Assembly (NCBI GenBank): GCA_037189525.1
Contig: JBBCJC010000002.1
Coordinates: forward strand, 896,001-960,000
DNA: 64,000 nt
Origin: Gemmatimonadales bacterium
Lineage (GTDB): Bacteria > Gemmatimonadota > Gemmatimonadetes > Gemmatimonadales > GWC2-71-9
Reading direction: 5' to 3'
Shown: piece by piece, positions 27,566-37,506 of the stretch
Layout: each line of letters begins with the position of its first letter
How positions within the stretch are numbered: the stretch's first letter is position 1
Made by a program: the position numbers and the translations under genes
Notes under the pieces: generated by a model
The model's input: only the letters and a program-made list of their open reading frames with translations
The model's database searches: none
Told to the model about the DNA's origin: nothing

Positions 27566-30145
27566 ATGCATCCATCTCGCGATCATCATCTCCCGGTCGA
27601 CCGGGCCGCGTACCATGCTGCCCGGCCGGCTCGCGGTCGGGTCATCGTGATTGCCCCCACCCGCGCGGCCTGCGAAACGATCGAGCTCGCGCTCGGTACC
27701 GAGATCGAGACCCTGCTGGCTCGAAACCATGGTGCGGAGCTAGCGTCGTGGGGCGCGGCGGGGAAGGGATTCGGGATCGTCGCGGGCACCGGCACCGGCA
27801 AGACGCTCTCGATCCGGATCATTGCCCAGGCCATTCTGCAGGAGAGTCTCCGGTACGGCGTGGTCAACCGGGAGCGAGAGGCCACCCCGGAAACGCCCAA
27901 CTGGAACGTGGTGATCGTGACGACGGGGATTGCCCGTCGCTGGTTCCAGGATGATCTGATCACCGCGCAGGACACCCTCGTGGTCGACGAGATCCATCAG
28001 ACCTCGGCCGAACTCGAACTGTGCCTGGCGCTGGGCAAGCGAACCGGCTGCCGTTTCATCTGGCTCTCCGCGACGGTTGATCCGACCTTCTATGCCCGCT
28101 ACCTGCGGAGCGACCATGTGCTCGAAACCAGCGCGTTCGATCCCGCGCTCCGGGCGCGGGTCGAGGTCGTGGCCAAGGACGTGCGCGACTTCATCGACGA
28201 AAAGTTCGTGCGGCGGATCATCCGGGAGCGCCGCGGAGTGGCCGTATTCGTCCCGACCCGCGCCGAAGTGGAACGGCTGGCGCAGGAAGTCGGTACCCGC
28301 TGGCTCAAGCTCAACACGGCGTTCTATCACGGTGGCGAACCGATTCGGGTGATTCGTCCGTTCCTCGAGGGTGAGGTGGACAAGCCGTTCCTGCTGGCGA
28401 TGACGGCGGCGGGACAGTCGGCCATCAACGTGCTGGGGCTCGATACGGTGGTGATCTACGACGCCCGTTACGGTAACGTGGTGGACCGGGGCCGCAACGT
28501 GCTCCATCGTCTGCATCTGGGCGCCAACGAGATTCTGCAGATGGCGGGCCGGGTGCACGGGCGCGTGGCCAAGGGCGAAGTCACCATCCTCACCAACCGG
28601 CCACTCCGTTTCGAAGATCTGCGGCCCACGCCCCCCGAGTTCCAGCTCGCCGGCGATGCGGAGCGGGTGGCGCTGACCTGCGCGGCGCTCGGTGTCGACG
28701 CCAGCGAACTGGAACTGCCGGTGCCGCTCGATCGAGTGGCCTATCGGCAGGCCCTGTCTCTGCTCACCGAGCGCGGTCTGATTGCCGACGGCAAGCTGAC
28801 CGAGTTTGGGCGTGAGGTCGAGGCCATGCCGGTCGAGCGGGCCTGGGGTGAACTGCTGGTGCGCGGCGACCCCGAGCTGGCGCCCATCCTGGCGGTGGCC
28901 TCGAGCGTCGACTCGTTGCATCGGATGACCCGGGAGGAGCGCGACCTTCGCGGCATTGCGGTGCCGGGCAGCGATCACCTCACCGCGTACAATCTCTACG
29001 TCGAGGCCGTCAACCGGTTCGGCGCCATCGGCGAAGTGCACGGGTTGCCTCGTCACGTGTTCGAAGCGGGAATCGCCGAGTGGGCGGAAGAGCGGGGCGT
29101 TCTGGTCAAGGCCATCGAAGACGCGGCGATGGGGATGGCGTCGGTCTATCGCTCGCTCGAGCTTGGCTTGCCGCGCAGCCTTCCCTATGTCAGCAAGGAC
29201 CTCAAGGCGCGTTTCATCGACCTGCTTGCGCGGACCATGCCGTTCGATCTGGTCATCGACGAACAGACGGTCGATGGCCAGGAGGCCCGGGTGTCCAAGA
29301 CCTCGCTGGCGGGGTCCTGGGGAGCGGTCGCGGGTTCGCTTCGGTACTTCGCCGATCGGCTGGGTGTGCCGCGCGCGTCGATCGAGGGTACCACGATTTC
29401 CTACGAGCTGGTCCGTCAGCATGCCAAGCGCAGTGCGCCGATGGTGTCGATCGGCGGCCCGCGGAAACACCAGGGGTTCGTGGTGTCTCGCCTGCTCGAG
29501 TATTTCGGCTTTCGGCTGGAGGCCGTCGAGGAACCGCTGCGGGGCGCGTTGCCGCCGGAACTGGTTGCGGGCGCAATCGAGGCGGTGGTCTCCGGCCTGA
29601 TCGAGGGCAGCGTGGCGCATCCCGATCACGGCAAGGTGCGCCGAGCGGTGCGCGAGCTGGATGAGTATTGGCGTCGATCGGGTGGCACGCTCGACGAGGC
29701 GAGTCCCGATCGGGTCCGCCAGGCCCTGGCAGCGCAGCTGGCCGGTCTGTCGAGCTGGGCCGATCTGCAGCGCCGCCGGCTCGAACTCGACCCGGGCGAC
29801 CTGATCGACCTGCCTACCCGGGTGGCGCTCGACCGGCTGCCGGTGACCGTCCACCTGGCGGGCGATGCGACGGCGATCGAGTATCAGATCGAGCGGGGCC
29901 AGGGGATCGCGCGGCTCCGTTTGCGGGAGGGACAGGCGCGGCGACTGACCGAAACCGATCTTCCCGAGCTGGACCGGCCGATCCGATTTGCGGTGGTGCG
30001 GGGCGCCGAGCAGGCGCTCGAGGCCGAGTCGCTGGAGATGCTGCAGGCGCTGCTACGGAAACCGTCGCCCAAGGCGCATCCGCATCGGCATCGCAAGACG
30101 GGGCGTCGCATTCCGCGTCCACGGGGCGGGGGACGACGACGCTGA
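27566..30145 (+). CDS. SF2 DExH-box helicase (HrpB-like)
   Basis: GTGTGKT, DEIH, LSAT, FVPT, QMAGRVHGR, winged-helix-like LTEFGR, basic C-terminal tail. Confidence 0.88.
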   Translation: MHPSRDHHLPVDRAAYHAARPARGRVIVIAPTRAACETIELALGTEIETLLARNHGAELASWGAAGKGFGIVAGTGTGKTLSIRIIAQAILQESLRYGVVNREREATPETPNWNVVIVTTGIARRWFQDDLITAQDTLVVDEIHQTSAELELCLALGKRTGCRFIWLSATVDPTFYARYLRSDHVLETSAFDPALRARVEVVAKDVRDFIDEKFVRRIIRERRGVAVFVPTRAEVERLAQEVGTRWLKLNTAFYHGGEPIRVIRPFLEGEVDKPFLLAMTAAGQSAINVLGLDTVVIYDARYGNVVDRGRNVLHRLHLGANEILQMAGRVHGRVAKGEVTILTNRPLRFEDLRPTPPEFQLAGDAERVALTCAALGVDASELELPVPLDRVAYRQALSLLTERGLIADGKLTEFGREVEAMPVERAWGELLVRGDPELAPILAVASSVDSLHRMTREERDLRGIAVPGSDHLTAYNLYVEAVNRFGAIGEVHGLPRHVFEAGIAEWAEERGVLVKAIEDAAMGMASVYRSLELGLPRSLPYVSKDLKARFIDLLARTMPFDLVIDEQTVDGQEARVSKTSLAGSWGAVAGSLRYFADRLGVPRASIEGTTISYELVRQHAKRSAPMVSIGGPRKHQGFVVSRLLEYFGFRLEAVEEPLRGALPPELVAGAIEAVVSGLIEGSVAHPDHGKVRRAVRELDEYWRRSGGTLDEASPDRVRQALAAQLAGLSSWADLQRRRLELDPGDLIDLPTRVALDRLPVTVHLAGDATAIEYQIERGQGIARLRLREGQARRLTETDLPELDRPIRFAVVRGAEQALEAESLEMLQALLRKPSPKAHPHRHRKTGRRIPRPRGGGRRR

Positions 30146-30240
30146 AGACGGACTGGAACCGATGGGGCGGTCCCGCCGTACAGAGTACCTTCTGTTGCGC
30201 AACTGAACACTGCTGTTTCTCGATTCTGCCGGAGCATGAT

Positions 30241-31698
30241 ATGCGTCGTCACAAGGGTGTGCCGTTGCTGGGCCTGTCGTTTCTCGTTGCCTGTTCATCG
30301 CCTGCGCCGGCGCCGGATCCGAGCCAGGAGGCCATTGCCGCCGTCACGGCCGGATTGCGTCCACCGGTCGTCGTCACCGGCGAGCCGGAGCTGTCGTATG
30401 CCCTGGCCGATCGGATGGCGCACTACAAGGTGCCCGGCGTCTCGATTGCCGTGGTCGACAGCGGGCGGATCGTCTGGGCCCGTGGCTTCGGTGTCATGAC
30501 CACGGGGACGACCGATTCGGTGACGGATTCGACGTTGTTCCAGGCGGCATCGATCAGCAAACCGGTGGCGGCCACCGGCATGCTGCGTCTGGTGGAAGAG
30601 GGCAAGCTGGCGCTCGATCTGCCGGTCAACGGCTTCCTCAAGAGCTGGCAGGTTCCGGAGAATCGCTTCACCGCCAAGGAGAAGGTGACGCTGCGCCGGC
30701 TGGTATCGCACAGCGCGGGGCTCACCGTCCACGGATTTCCCGGATACGCAGCTGGCGATACCATCCCGACTGTGCCGCAGATCCTGGATGGCGTGCGGCC
30801 GGCCAACACGGGGCCGGTGCGGGTCGATGTCGTGCCGGGCAGCCGCTGGCGCTATTCGGGCGGCGGAACCACGGTTCTGCAACTCGCCATGATCGATGCG
30901 ACGGGTGAAGCCTTTCCCGGGTTGATGAAGCGCCTGGTGCTCGATCCGATGGGGATGGCGCACAGCACCTATGAGCAGCCGCTGCCGGCTGCGCTTGCCG
31001 GGCGGGAAGCGGCCGGACACGGCATCGACGGCAGTCTCGTGACCGGCCGGTGGCACACCTATCCCGAGATGGCGGCGGCGGGTCTCTGGACGACGCCGAC
31101 CGATCTGATGCATTGGGCCATCGGGGTGGCCGGGGCGCGGGCGGGCACCTCGACCGGCGTGCTGTCGAAGGACATGGCGACCCAGATGCTGACCGTACAG
31201 AAAGCGCCGAGCGGGTTGGGGCCGGCGCTCGAGGGGAGCGGGCGGGCATTCCGGTTTGGGCATGGTGGCGCCAATCGCGGCTTTCGCGCGCACGTCTACT
31301 ATTTTCCCGAAACGGGCCAGGGCGCGGCGGTCATGACCAACTCCGACAACGGGTCGGCGCTGGTGCGGGAGGTCATGAACGGGATTGCGAAAGTGTATCA
31401 GTGGCCGGAGTTCGGCCCGCGCGAGGTTGCCAGGGTTGCCAAGGATTCGGCTGCGCTTGCCGCGTACGTAGGCCGCTATGCAGCCGAGCAGCCGCAGCCG
31501 GTTGCGGCAACGGTGACGCTCGACGGCTCGACGCTGTTCATCGAGGTGCCGGGCTTCGTTTCCAAGAGTGAACTCATTTTCATCGACGCGAACAAGGCCA
31601 TTTTTACGGACGGGCTCGAAATCACGTTTGTGCCGGATGCCAAGGGAGCGATCACGGCCATCGGGCTTGGCGGGATGACCATTCGGAGGGTTCCATGA
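30241..31698 (+). CDS. Serine hydrolase, beta-lactamase class C / S12 family lipoprotein
   Basis: Lipobox LVAC; ASISK (SxxK), SHSAGL, YSGGG, HGG. Confidence 0.9.
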   Translation: MRRHKGVPLLGLSFLVACSSPAPAPDPSQEAIAAVTAGLRPPVVVTGEPELSYALADRMAHYKVPGVSIAVVDSGRIVWARGFGVMTTGTTDSVTDSTLFQAASISKPVAATGMLRLVEEGKLALDLPVNGFLKSWQVPENRFTAKEKVTLRRLVSHSAGLTVHGFPGYAAGDTIPTVPQILDGVRPANTGPVRVDVVPGSRWRYSGGGTTVLQLAMIDATGEAFPGLMKRLVLDPMGMAHSTYEQPLPAALAGREAAGHGIDGSLVTGRWHTYPEMAAAGLWTTPTDLMHWAIGVAGARAGTSTGVLSKDMATQMLTVQKAPSGLGPALEGSGRAFRFGHGGANRGFRAHVYYFPETGQGAAVMTNSDNGSALVREVMNGIAKVYQWPEFGPREVARVAKDSAALAAYVGRYAAEQPQPVAATVTLDGSTLFIEVPGFVSKSELIFIDANKAIFTDGLEITFVPDAKGAITAIGLGGMTIRRVP

Positions 31699-33731
31699 AG
31701 TCAGTGTCCATCGTTCCGGTTCTCGGTTTGCTACTCGCGCCGCCTCTGGCTGCGCAGGTGCCGGGGCCGTCGTTTCGCGATATGATCGATCTCAAGACCG
31801 CCAGTTCCCCGGCGATTTCGCCGGATGGCCGGTCGGTGGCGTATGTGGTGCGCACGACCGATTGGCAGGACAACCGGTTCGACACCGAGATCTGGCTCTG
31901 GCGCGAGGGCGAGAGCGCCTTTCAGCTGACGCGGGTGGCCAAGGGCACCAGCAGTTCGCCGCGCTGGTCGCCGGACGGGCAGTGGATCGGGTTTCTCTCC
32001 GACCGGGACGGGCGCTCGCAGTTGTATGTGATTCGGGCGGCGGGCGGCGAGGCCAAGCGCGTCACCTTCCAGCGTGACGGGGTGGCCGACTTCCGCTGGG
32101 CGCCAAGCGGGTCGCGAGTGGCGTTGCGGATTACCGACGCGGAGTCCGATTCGGCCCGGAAAACCAAAGCGCAGTATGGCGACTTTTACGCCGAGGATCG
32201 TGACTTCCGACAGAGCCAGCTCTGGTCGCTCGACTTCGATCCGGCACGGTTGGACGGCGATAGCGCCGCGACGCCCAAGCCGGTTCGGCTGACGGACGGA
32301 GCCTACACGGTCGGCAGCTTTGCATGGTCGCCCGATGGGACGAAGCTCGCGTTCGATTTCCGGCGCGATCCGATTGCGCATTCCGGCGCGACGGCCGACA
32401 TCTCGATCATCGATGTCGCAAGCAAGCGTATCACTCCGCTGGTAGCGCGTCCCGGGTCGGACGCCGGGCCGGTCTGGTCGCCCGATGGCCAGTGGATTGC
32501 CTTCACGACCTCGGCGGGCGATTCCGTCGAGAATTTCTTCCGTAACAATCAGCTGGCCAAGATTCGCGCGACCGGCGGCGAGCCGGTGCGCATGGCGGCC
32601 AATTTCGATGAAACGATCGGCGGGCTGCTCTGGACCCCGCGCGGTCTCTGGTTCGCGGCGTGGGACAGCACCCGATACAGCTATGTCCGCGTCGATCCCG
32701 AGAACGGCCGCGCCACGCGTGAGCGGTGGCCCGGCTTCCAGTCGTCCGGCGGGGCGGATGTGTCCCCGGATGGTCGCTGGTGGGCGTTCTCCGGTCAGAA
32801 GGACGGGCAGTCGCTGTCCGAGTTGTATCGCCGCGATGCGACGGCTTCGGGCGCGCCGCTCGCGATCACGGAGCTCGGTGCGCAGATTGCCGGCTGGACC
32901 ATTCCCGCCAATGAACTGGTGCAGTGGAAGAGCCAGGATGGCGCGCAAATCGAGGGCGTGCTGCACAAGCCGCGTGATTTCGACCCCAAGAAAAAGTATC
33001 CGCTCCTGGTCGTCATTCACGGCGGCCCTACGGGAATCGACACGCCGCAGCCGCTGCCGTTCTATGTCTATCCGATTCCGCAGTGGGTCGCGAAAGGTGC
33101 GCTGGTGCTGCGGCCCAACTATCGCGGCTCCGCCGGCTATGGCGAGAAGTTCCGTTCGCTCAACGTTCGGAATCTCGGCGTGGGCGACATGTGGGACGTG
33201 ATGTCCGGGGTCGACCATCTGATCCGGCAGGGCATCGTGGACTCGACCAAAATGGGCGTGATGGGTTGGAGCCAGGGCGGGTATATCTCCGCGTTTCTGA
33301 CCACCAACACCGATCGCTTCCGGGCGGTCTCGGTCGGAGCGGGGATTTCCAACTGGGTGACCTACTACGTCTCGACCGACATCTATCCCTTCACGCGCCA
33401 GTATCTCAAGGCGACGCCGTGGGATGATATGGAGATCTACCTCAAGACCTCGCCGATGACGAACATCAAGCGGGCCAAGACGCCGACCTTGATTCAGCAC
33501 GGCGAGTTCGACCGGCGGGTGCCGCTGCAGAACGCGTACGAACTGCATCAGGGCTTGCAGGACCAGGGCGTGCCGACGGAACTGCTGATCTATCGCGGCT
33601 TCGGCCACGGGATCAACAAGCCCAAGGAGCAGCTGGCCGCGGTCTGGCACAACTGGGCCTGGTTCGGGAAATACGTGTTCGGCGAGTCGATCTCGGTGCC
33701 GCTCACGGAGACCAAGCCGAGTGCGCAGTAA
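31695..33731 (+). CDS. S9 family peptidase (secreted)
   Basis: WSPDG propeller repeats, HGGP, GWSQGG, HGEFDRRV, GHG. Confidence 0.93.
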   Translation: MKSVSIVPVLGLLLAPPLAAQVPGPSFRDMIDLKTASSPAISPDGRSVAYVVRTTDWQDNRFDTEIWLWREGESAFQLTRVAKGTSSSPRWSPDGQWIGFLSDRDGRSQLYVIRAAGGEAKRVTFQRDGVADFRWAPSGSRVALRITDAESDSARKTKAQYGDFYAEDRDFRQSQLWSLDFDPARLDGDSAATPKPVRLTDGAYTVGSFAWSPDGTKLAFDFRRDPIAHSGATADISIIDVASKRITPLVARPGSDAGPVWSPDGQWIAFTTSAGDSVENFFRNNQLAKIRATGGEPVRMAANFDETIGGLLWTPRGLWFAAWDSTRYSYVRVDPENGRATRERWPGFQSSGGADVSPDGRWWAFSGQKDGQSLSELYRRDATASGAPLAITELGAQIAGWTIPANELVQWKSQDGAQIEGVLHKPRDFDPKKKYPLLVVIHGGPTGIDTPQPLPFYVYPIPQWVAKGALVLRPNYRGSAGYGEKFRSLNVRNLGVGDMWDVMSGVDHLIRQGIVDSTKMGVMGWSQGGYISAFLTTNTDRFRAVSVGAGISNWVTYYVSTDIYPFTRQYLKATPWDDMEIYLKTSPMTNIKRAKTPTLIQHGEFDRRVPLQNAYELHQGLQDQGVPTELLIYRGFGHGINKPKEQLAAVWHNWAWFGKYVFGESISVPLTETKPSAQ

Positions 33732-33734
33732 GCG

Positions 33735-34685
33735 ATGAATCCTCCCGGGGCGGCGGCCATCGCCGCCGCCCGCGCTCGCCTCGATGGATTTGCCATCCGC
33801 ACGCCCACGATCCGCTGGCAGGAAGGGTCGGGGGACATCTGGCTCAAGCTGGAGACCCTCCAGCCGATCGGTTCCTTCAAGATTCGCGGAGCTCGTAACG
33901 CCATTGCCGAGGCGCCTGCCGGGGCGCTTCGGGATGGCGTCGTCACGGCCAGCGCGGGCAACATGGCGCAAGGGGTTGCTTGGTGCGCGCGCGAGTCGGG
34001 AATCGCGTGCGCGGTGGTCGTGCCGGATCATGCGCCGCGCACCAAGCTCGACGCGATCGAGCGGCTGGGCGCGCGCGTGGTGGCGGTGCCCTTCGAGTGG
34101 TGGTGGCGGGTGCTGCAGGAGCGGCGCTTCGAGGATCTCCCGGGGTTTTTCGTTCATCCGGTGTCGGATCCCGCGGTCATCGCCGGGAACGCGACGATTG
34201 GGCTCGAGCTGGTGGAAGACTTGCCTCAGCTGGAGGAAGTGTACGTCCCATATGGTGGCGGCGGGTTGGCGTGCGGGATCGCGGCCGGCCTCAGAGCGGC
34301 AGGTTCCGAGGCGCGTGTCATTGCGGTGGAGCCGGAGACGGCAGCTCCGCTCACGGCGTCACTGGCTGCCGGCGCTCCTGTCGCCATCGACTATCGCGCC
34401 AGCTTCGTCGACGGCGCGGGTGGCCGATCTGTTCTGGCCGAAATGTGGCCGCTGGTGCGGGAACTGGTGACCGACGCGCGCACCGTGTCGCTGGCCGAGA
34501 CGGCCGAAGCGGTGCGTCTGCTGGCGGAGCGGGCGCGGATCGTGGCGGAGGGAGCCGGTGCGCTCGCCTTAGCGGCTGCCCGGGCAGCCGCCGGACGAGG
34601 ACGTCGCGCCGTGGCGATCGTGTCCGGCGGCAATATCGATGCTGCTCGCCTGGCGGCAATTCTGCGGGGTGAGGTGCCCGCCTGA
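33735..34685 (+). CDS. PLP-dependent threonine/serine dehydratase family
   Basis: GSFKIRGA, ASAGNMAQG, YGGGGL, VSGGNID. Confidence 0.9.
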   Translation: MNPPGAAAIAAARARLDGFAIRTPTIRWQEGSGDIWLKLETLQPIGSFKIRGARNAIAEAPAGALRDGVVTASAGNMAQGVAWCARESGIACAVVVPDHAPRTKLDAIERLGARVVAVPFEWWWRVLQERRFEDLPGFFVHPVSDPAVIAGNATIGLELVEDLPQLEEVYVPYGGGGLACGIAAGLRAAGSEARVIAVEPETAAPLTASLAAGAPVAIDYRASFVDGAGGRSVLAEMWPLVRELVTDARTVSLAETAEAVRLLAERARIVAEGAGALALAAARAAAGRGRRAVAIVSGGNIDAARLAAILRGEVPA

Positions 34686-34686
34686 C

Positions 34687-35034
34687 TTATTTGATGACCT
34701 TGGCGTAGGTCGCTTCGTCGAATCCCACCACCACCGTCCGCCCTTTCCGAATCGTCGGCGCCCGAAGGTTGCCACTCGGTCCGATCATCAATTTTTCGAG
34801 CTCTTCCCGCGAAGGTTTGTCGCGGGCGAGGTTCAGGTGGAACACCTTGGTGCCGCGGGTTGCGTAGAGCTCATCGGCGTCTTTGAGGACGTTGAGCGCC
34901 TTGGCGCCCGGGATGGTGTCCTTCTTGGCGTTGGTGGTTTCGCGGATGGTCGCCTGCTTCCGCTCCATGAATCCCTGGGCGCGTTTGCAGGTGATGCATC
35001 CGGCGCGGAGATAGGCCCAATCGAGAGTCGGCAT
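34687..35034 (-). CDS. ArsC-like (seleno)protein family member, Cys form
   Basis: GCITCKRA, GPSGNLRAPT, VGF. Confidence 0.75.
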   Translation of the reverse strand: MPTLDWAYLRAGCITCKRAQGFMERKQATIRETTNAKKDTIPGAKALNVLKDADELYATRGTKVFHLNLARDKPSREELEKLMIGPSGNLRAPTIRKGRTVVVGFDEATYAKVIK

Positions 35035-35063
35035 AATTCGGTCAGTGGTGCAAGGGAATCGGT

Positions 35064-36125
35064 TTACCGCTGCTGCGGTGTGGGTTGTCCGCCGGGCTTC
35101 CAGGTCGGACGCTCGCCATCGGCGAGGATCCGAACGGCGCGCACGGTCGCGTCGATCACGTGAGCCATGTGCACCGCGTCGACCTTGTCCACCTCATCGC
35201 TCGGCCGATGATAGTCGGTGTGCAGATTGAAGGTGGACAGCGTGTGCGCCACGACACCCAGAACGGCAAAGCGATAGTTGTCGCTGCGGCGGAAAAAATT
35301 CTGGGACAGCCGTTTGTCCGGGCCGATCGGCACGCCGTTGGCGGCCAGCATGTCGCCCATGGTGCTGCGTTCGTAGCCGGTGAGCCAGGCGCGGCCGGGT
35401 CCGCCGGCCAGGGAGTCGGGGCGGCCGATCATTTCGATCTGCAGGTTGGCCGCCATCTGGTTGAGCGGACGGGCCGGGTGATCGGAGTACCAGCGCGCAC
35501 CCAGTCCGCCGACTTCTTCTCCCGTCCAGGCGGCAAAGTAGACGGTGCGTTTGGGCCGGGGGCCGCGGGCGATCTGTTCCGCCGTCTTGAGAACCGCGAC
35601 CACGCCGGAGGCATCGTCATCGGCGCCGTTGTAGATCGAATCGCCGTCGACGGGATTGCGGATCCCGACGTGATCGTAGTGCGCGCTGACCACGACGTGC
35701 TCGTTGGCGAGCGCCGGATCGCTGCCCGGAATCATGCCGATCACGTTGACGGCCGGCCGCCAGCGCGATCGTTCGATCGTTTCGCGCGCGGCAAAGCTCT
35801 CGGCCAGCATCGGGCCGGTGAACTCGCGGTCGCCCACTTTGCGAGTGCCGATCACGACGGGGAGTGGCTGGAAATAGCCACTGTCGCCCGCGGGCTGCAG
35901 GCCGGCGCGTTCCATTTCCCGCGCAATGATTCGGGCGGCTTTGGCCGACCCGGGTTCTCCGGTGGCGCGGCCCTTGAGTGAGTCGTGTGCGAGCGCCGAG
36001 AGCAGAGCCAGGGCAGCGTCCGGCGAGGTCGAAGGCGGCGCCGTCAGCGCGGGCTGTTTGCCGCTGCCGCCGCACCCGACGGCGAGGAGAAACACGGCGT
36101 ATCCGCCCAACCTACGTTTCGACAT
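35064..36125 (-). CDS. M28 family metallopeptidase (lipoprotein)
   Basis: SAHYDH, NGADDDASG, GEE, RSDN, DYH. Confidence 0.92.
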   Translation of the reverse strand: MSKRRLGGYAVFLLAVGCGGSGKQPALTAPPSTSPDAALALLSALAHDSLKGRATGEPGSAKAARIIAREMERAGLQPAGDSGYFQPLPVVIGTRKVGDREFTGPMLAESFAARETIERSRWRPAVNVIGMIPGSDPALANEHVVVSAHYDHVGIRNPVDGDSIYNGADDDASGVVAVLKTAEQIARGPRPKRTVYFAAWTGEEVGGLGARWYSDHPARPLNQMAANLQIEMIGRPDSLAGGPGRAWLTGYERSTMGDMLAANGVPIGPDKRLSQNFFRRSDNYRFAVLGVVAHTLSTFNLHTDYHRPSDEVDKVDAVHMAHVIDATVRAVRILADGERPTWKPGGQPTPQQR

Positions 36126-37329
36126 AGTCGAGGTCCTTTCCGTACGTCTCATCGAGCCCGATCAGCGAAAGGTACGCAATTCCGAGGGCGACGGCACCCA
36201 CCGCCGCCGCGCTGCCGGCAATGCCCAGTCCGGGACGGAGCGCCTGGAAGAGCAGGGTGAGCGGCACCACGGCTCCGCGCACGAAGTTCGGCGCTGTCGA
36301 GGCCACCGTCCCGCGGAGGTTGGTGCCGAACTGCTCGGCGGCGACCGTTACGAACACCGCCCAGTATCCCGCGGTTGCGCCGAGGAGGGCGCAGGCAAAG
36401 TAGAACAGGCCCAGCGACATCCCGCCGATGATGAAATAGGTCACGATGCCCAGGCCGCAGAGCGTGATGAAGAGCGTGAGCGCCTTCTTGCGGCTGCGGA
36501 GCAACTGGCTCAGCACGCCGCTCACGATGTCGCCGAGCGTGGCGCCGATGTAGCCGAATGCAATGGCGCGTCCGGCACTCGGCGCTTCGGCCAATCCGAG
36601 GGCGGGGCCGATTTCCGGCGAGAACGTCACCAGGATGCCCATCACGAACCAGGTCGGCAGCCCGACCATCACGACCGACAGGTATCGCCGGATGCGCGCG
36701 CCGTTGGTGAAGAGCAGCAGGAAGTTGCCCTTCCCGACCGCCTTGGGCTTGATGGTCTGGAACATGGTCGATTCATGGACACCGATCCGGAGCAGCAGCA
36801 GGGCCAGACCCATGAAGCCGCCGATGTAGTACGCGGTGCGCCAGGGAAAGTGATCGCCGACGTACCCGGCGGTCACCGCGCCGAGCAGTCCCAGGCTCGC
36901 GACGATGGTGGTGCCGTAGCCGCGGGATTCCTTCGACATGATCTCGGCGACCAGAGTGATGCCGGCGCCGAGTTCACCGGCCAGGCCGATCCCGGCGATG
37001 AAACGGAGCCAGGTGTACTGCTCGACGGTTTGGACCATCCCGTTGGCCAGGTTGGCCAGCGAGTAGAGCAGGATCGAGCCGAAAAGCACCGACCGGCGCC
37101 CCATGTTGTCGGCCAGGATGCCCCAGAGGAGGCCGCCGATCAGGAGGCCCGCCATCTGTGAGTTGAGCAGGGTCACCCCGACATCCAGGACTTCGGACTG
37201 CGGCACGCCGAGATCCAGCAGGCTGCGAATCCGGACGGTGCTGAACAGCAGCAGGTCGTAGACATCGACGAAATAGCCGAGCGCTGCGACCAGCACGGCG
37301 AGCGAAATGCTGCGTCGATCGTGACTCAC
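36112..37329 (-). CDS. MFS transporter
   Basis: GYFVDVYDL, GILADNMGRR, RFIAGIGLAGE, EQFGTNLR. Confidence 0.9.
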   Translation of the reverse strand: MSHDRRSISLAVLVAALGYFVDVYDLLLFSTVRIRSLLDLGVPQSEVLDVGVTLLNSQMAGLLIGGLLWGILADNMGRRSVLFGSILLYSLANLANGMVQTVEQYTWLRFIAGIGLAGELGAGITLVAEIMSKESRGYGTTIVASLGLLGAVTAGYVGDHFPWRTAYYIGGFMGLALLLLRIGVHESTMFQTIKPKAVGKGNFLLLFTNGARIRRYLSVVMVGLPTWFVMGILVTFSPEIGPALGLAEAPSAGRAIAFGYIGATLGDIVSGVLSQLLRSRKKALTLFITLCGLGIVTYFIIGGMSLGLFYFACALLGATAGYWAVFVTVAAEQFGTNLRGTVASTAPNFVRGAVVPLTLLFQALRPGLGIAGSAAAVGAVALGIAYLSLIGLDETYGKDLDYVET

Positions 37330-37506
37330 GGGCGGATTGGGTTCGGGGTGACCGAGGGCGAAGGGCCGGCGACAAGGATACGGGAGCCGGCCGCTCGCCG
37401 ATAGGGTCACGAGCTGGGAAGGGTGGTTCCGGCGGGCGGGACGCCATTTGACAAGTTTCGGGTTGCGCCCCACTATCCCAGGGTCTCAAACGCCGGAGGT
37501 GGCCCG

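Noticed and set aside
30155..30180. GGAACC-N16-CGTA ECF-like promoter
   Set aside because: Plausible, but too short to support without a known sigma factor.
30241..31698. Calling the serine hydrolase an antibiotic-resistance beta-lactamase
   Set aside because: The fold is shared with peptidases and esterases; the YSG and HGG motifs and the peptidase context favour a catabolic role.
31731..34157. 808-aa minus-strand ORF, and similar long ORFs at 27740-29854, 44687-46447, 47915-49729 and 52466-54589
   Set aside because: All are antisense to well-supported genes and have no recognisable motifs; such ORFs are expected from high-GC codon bias.
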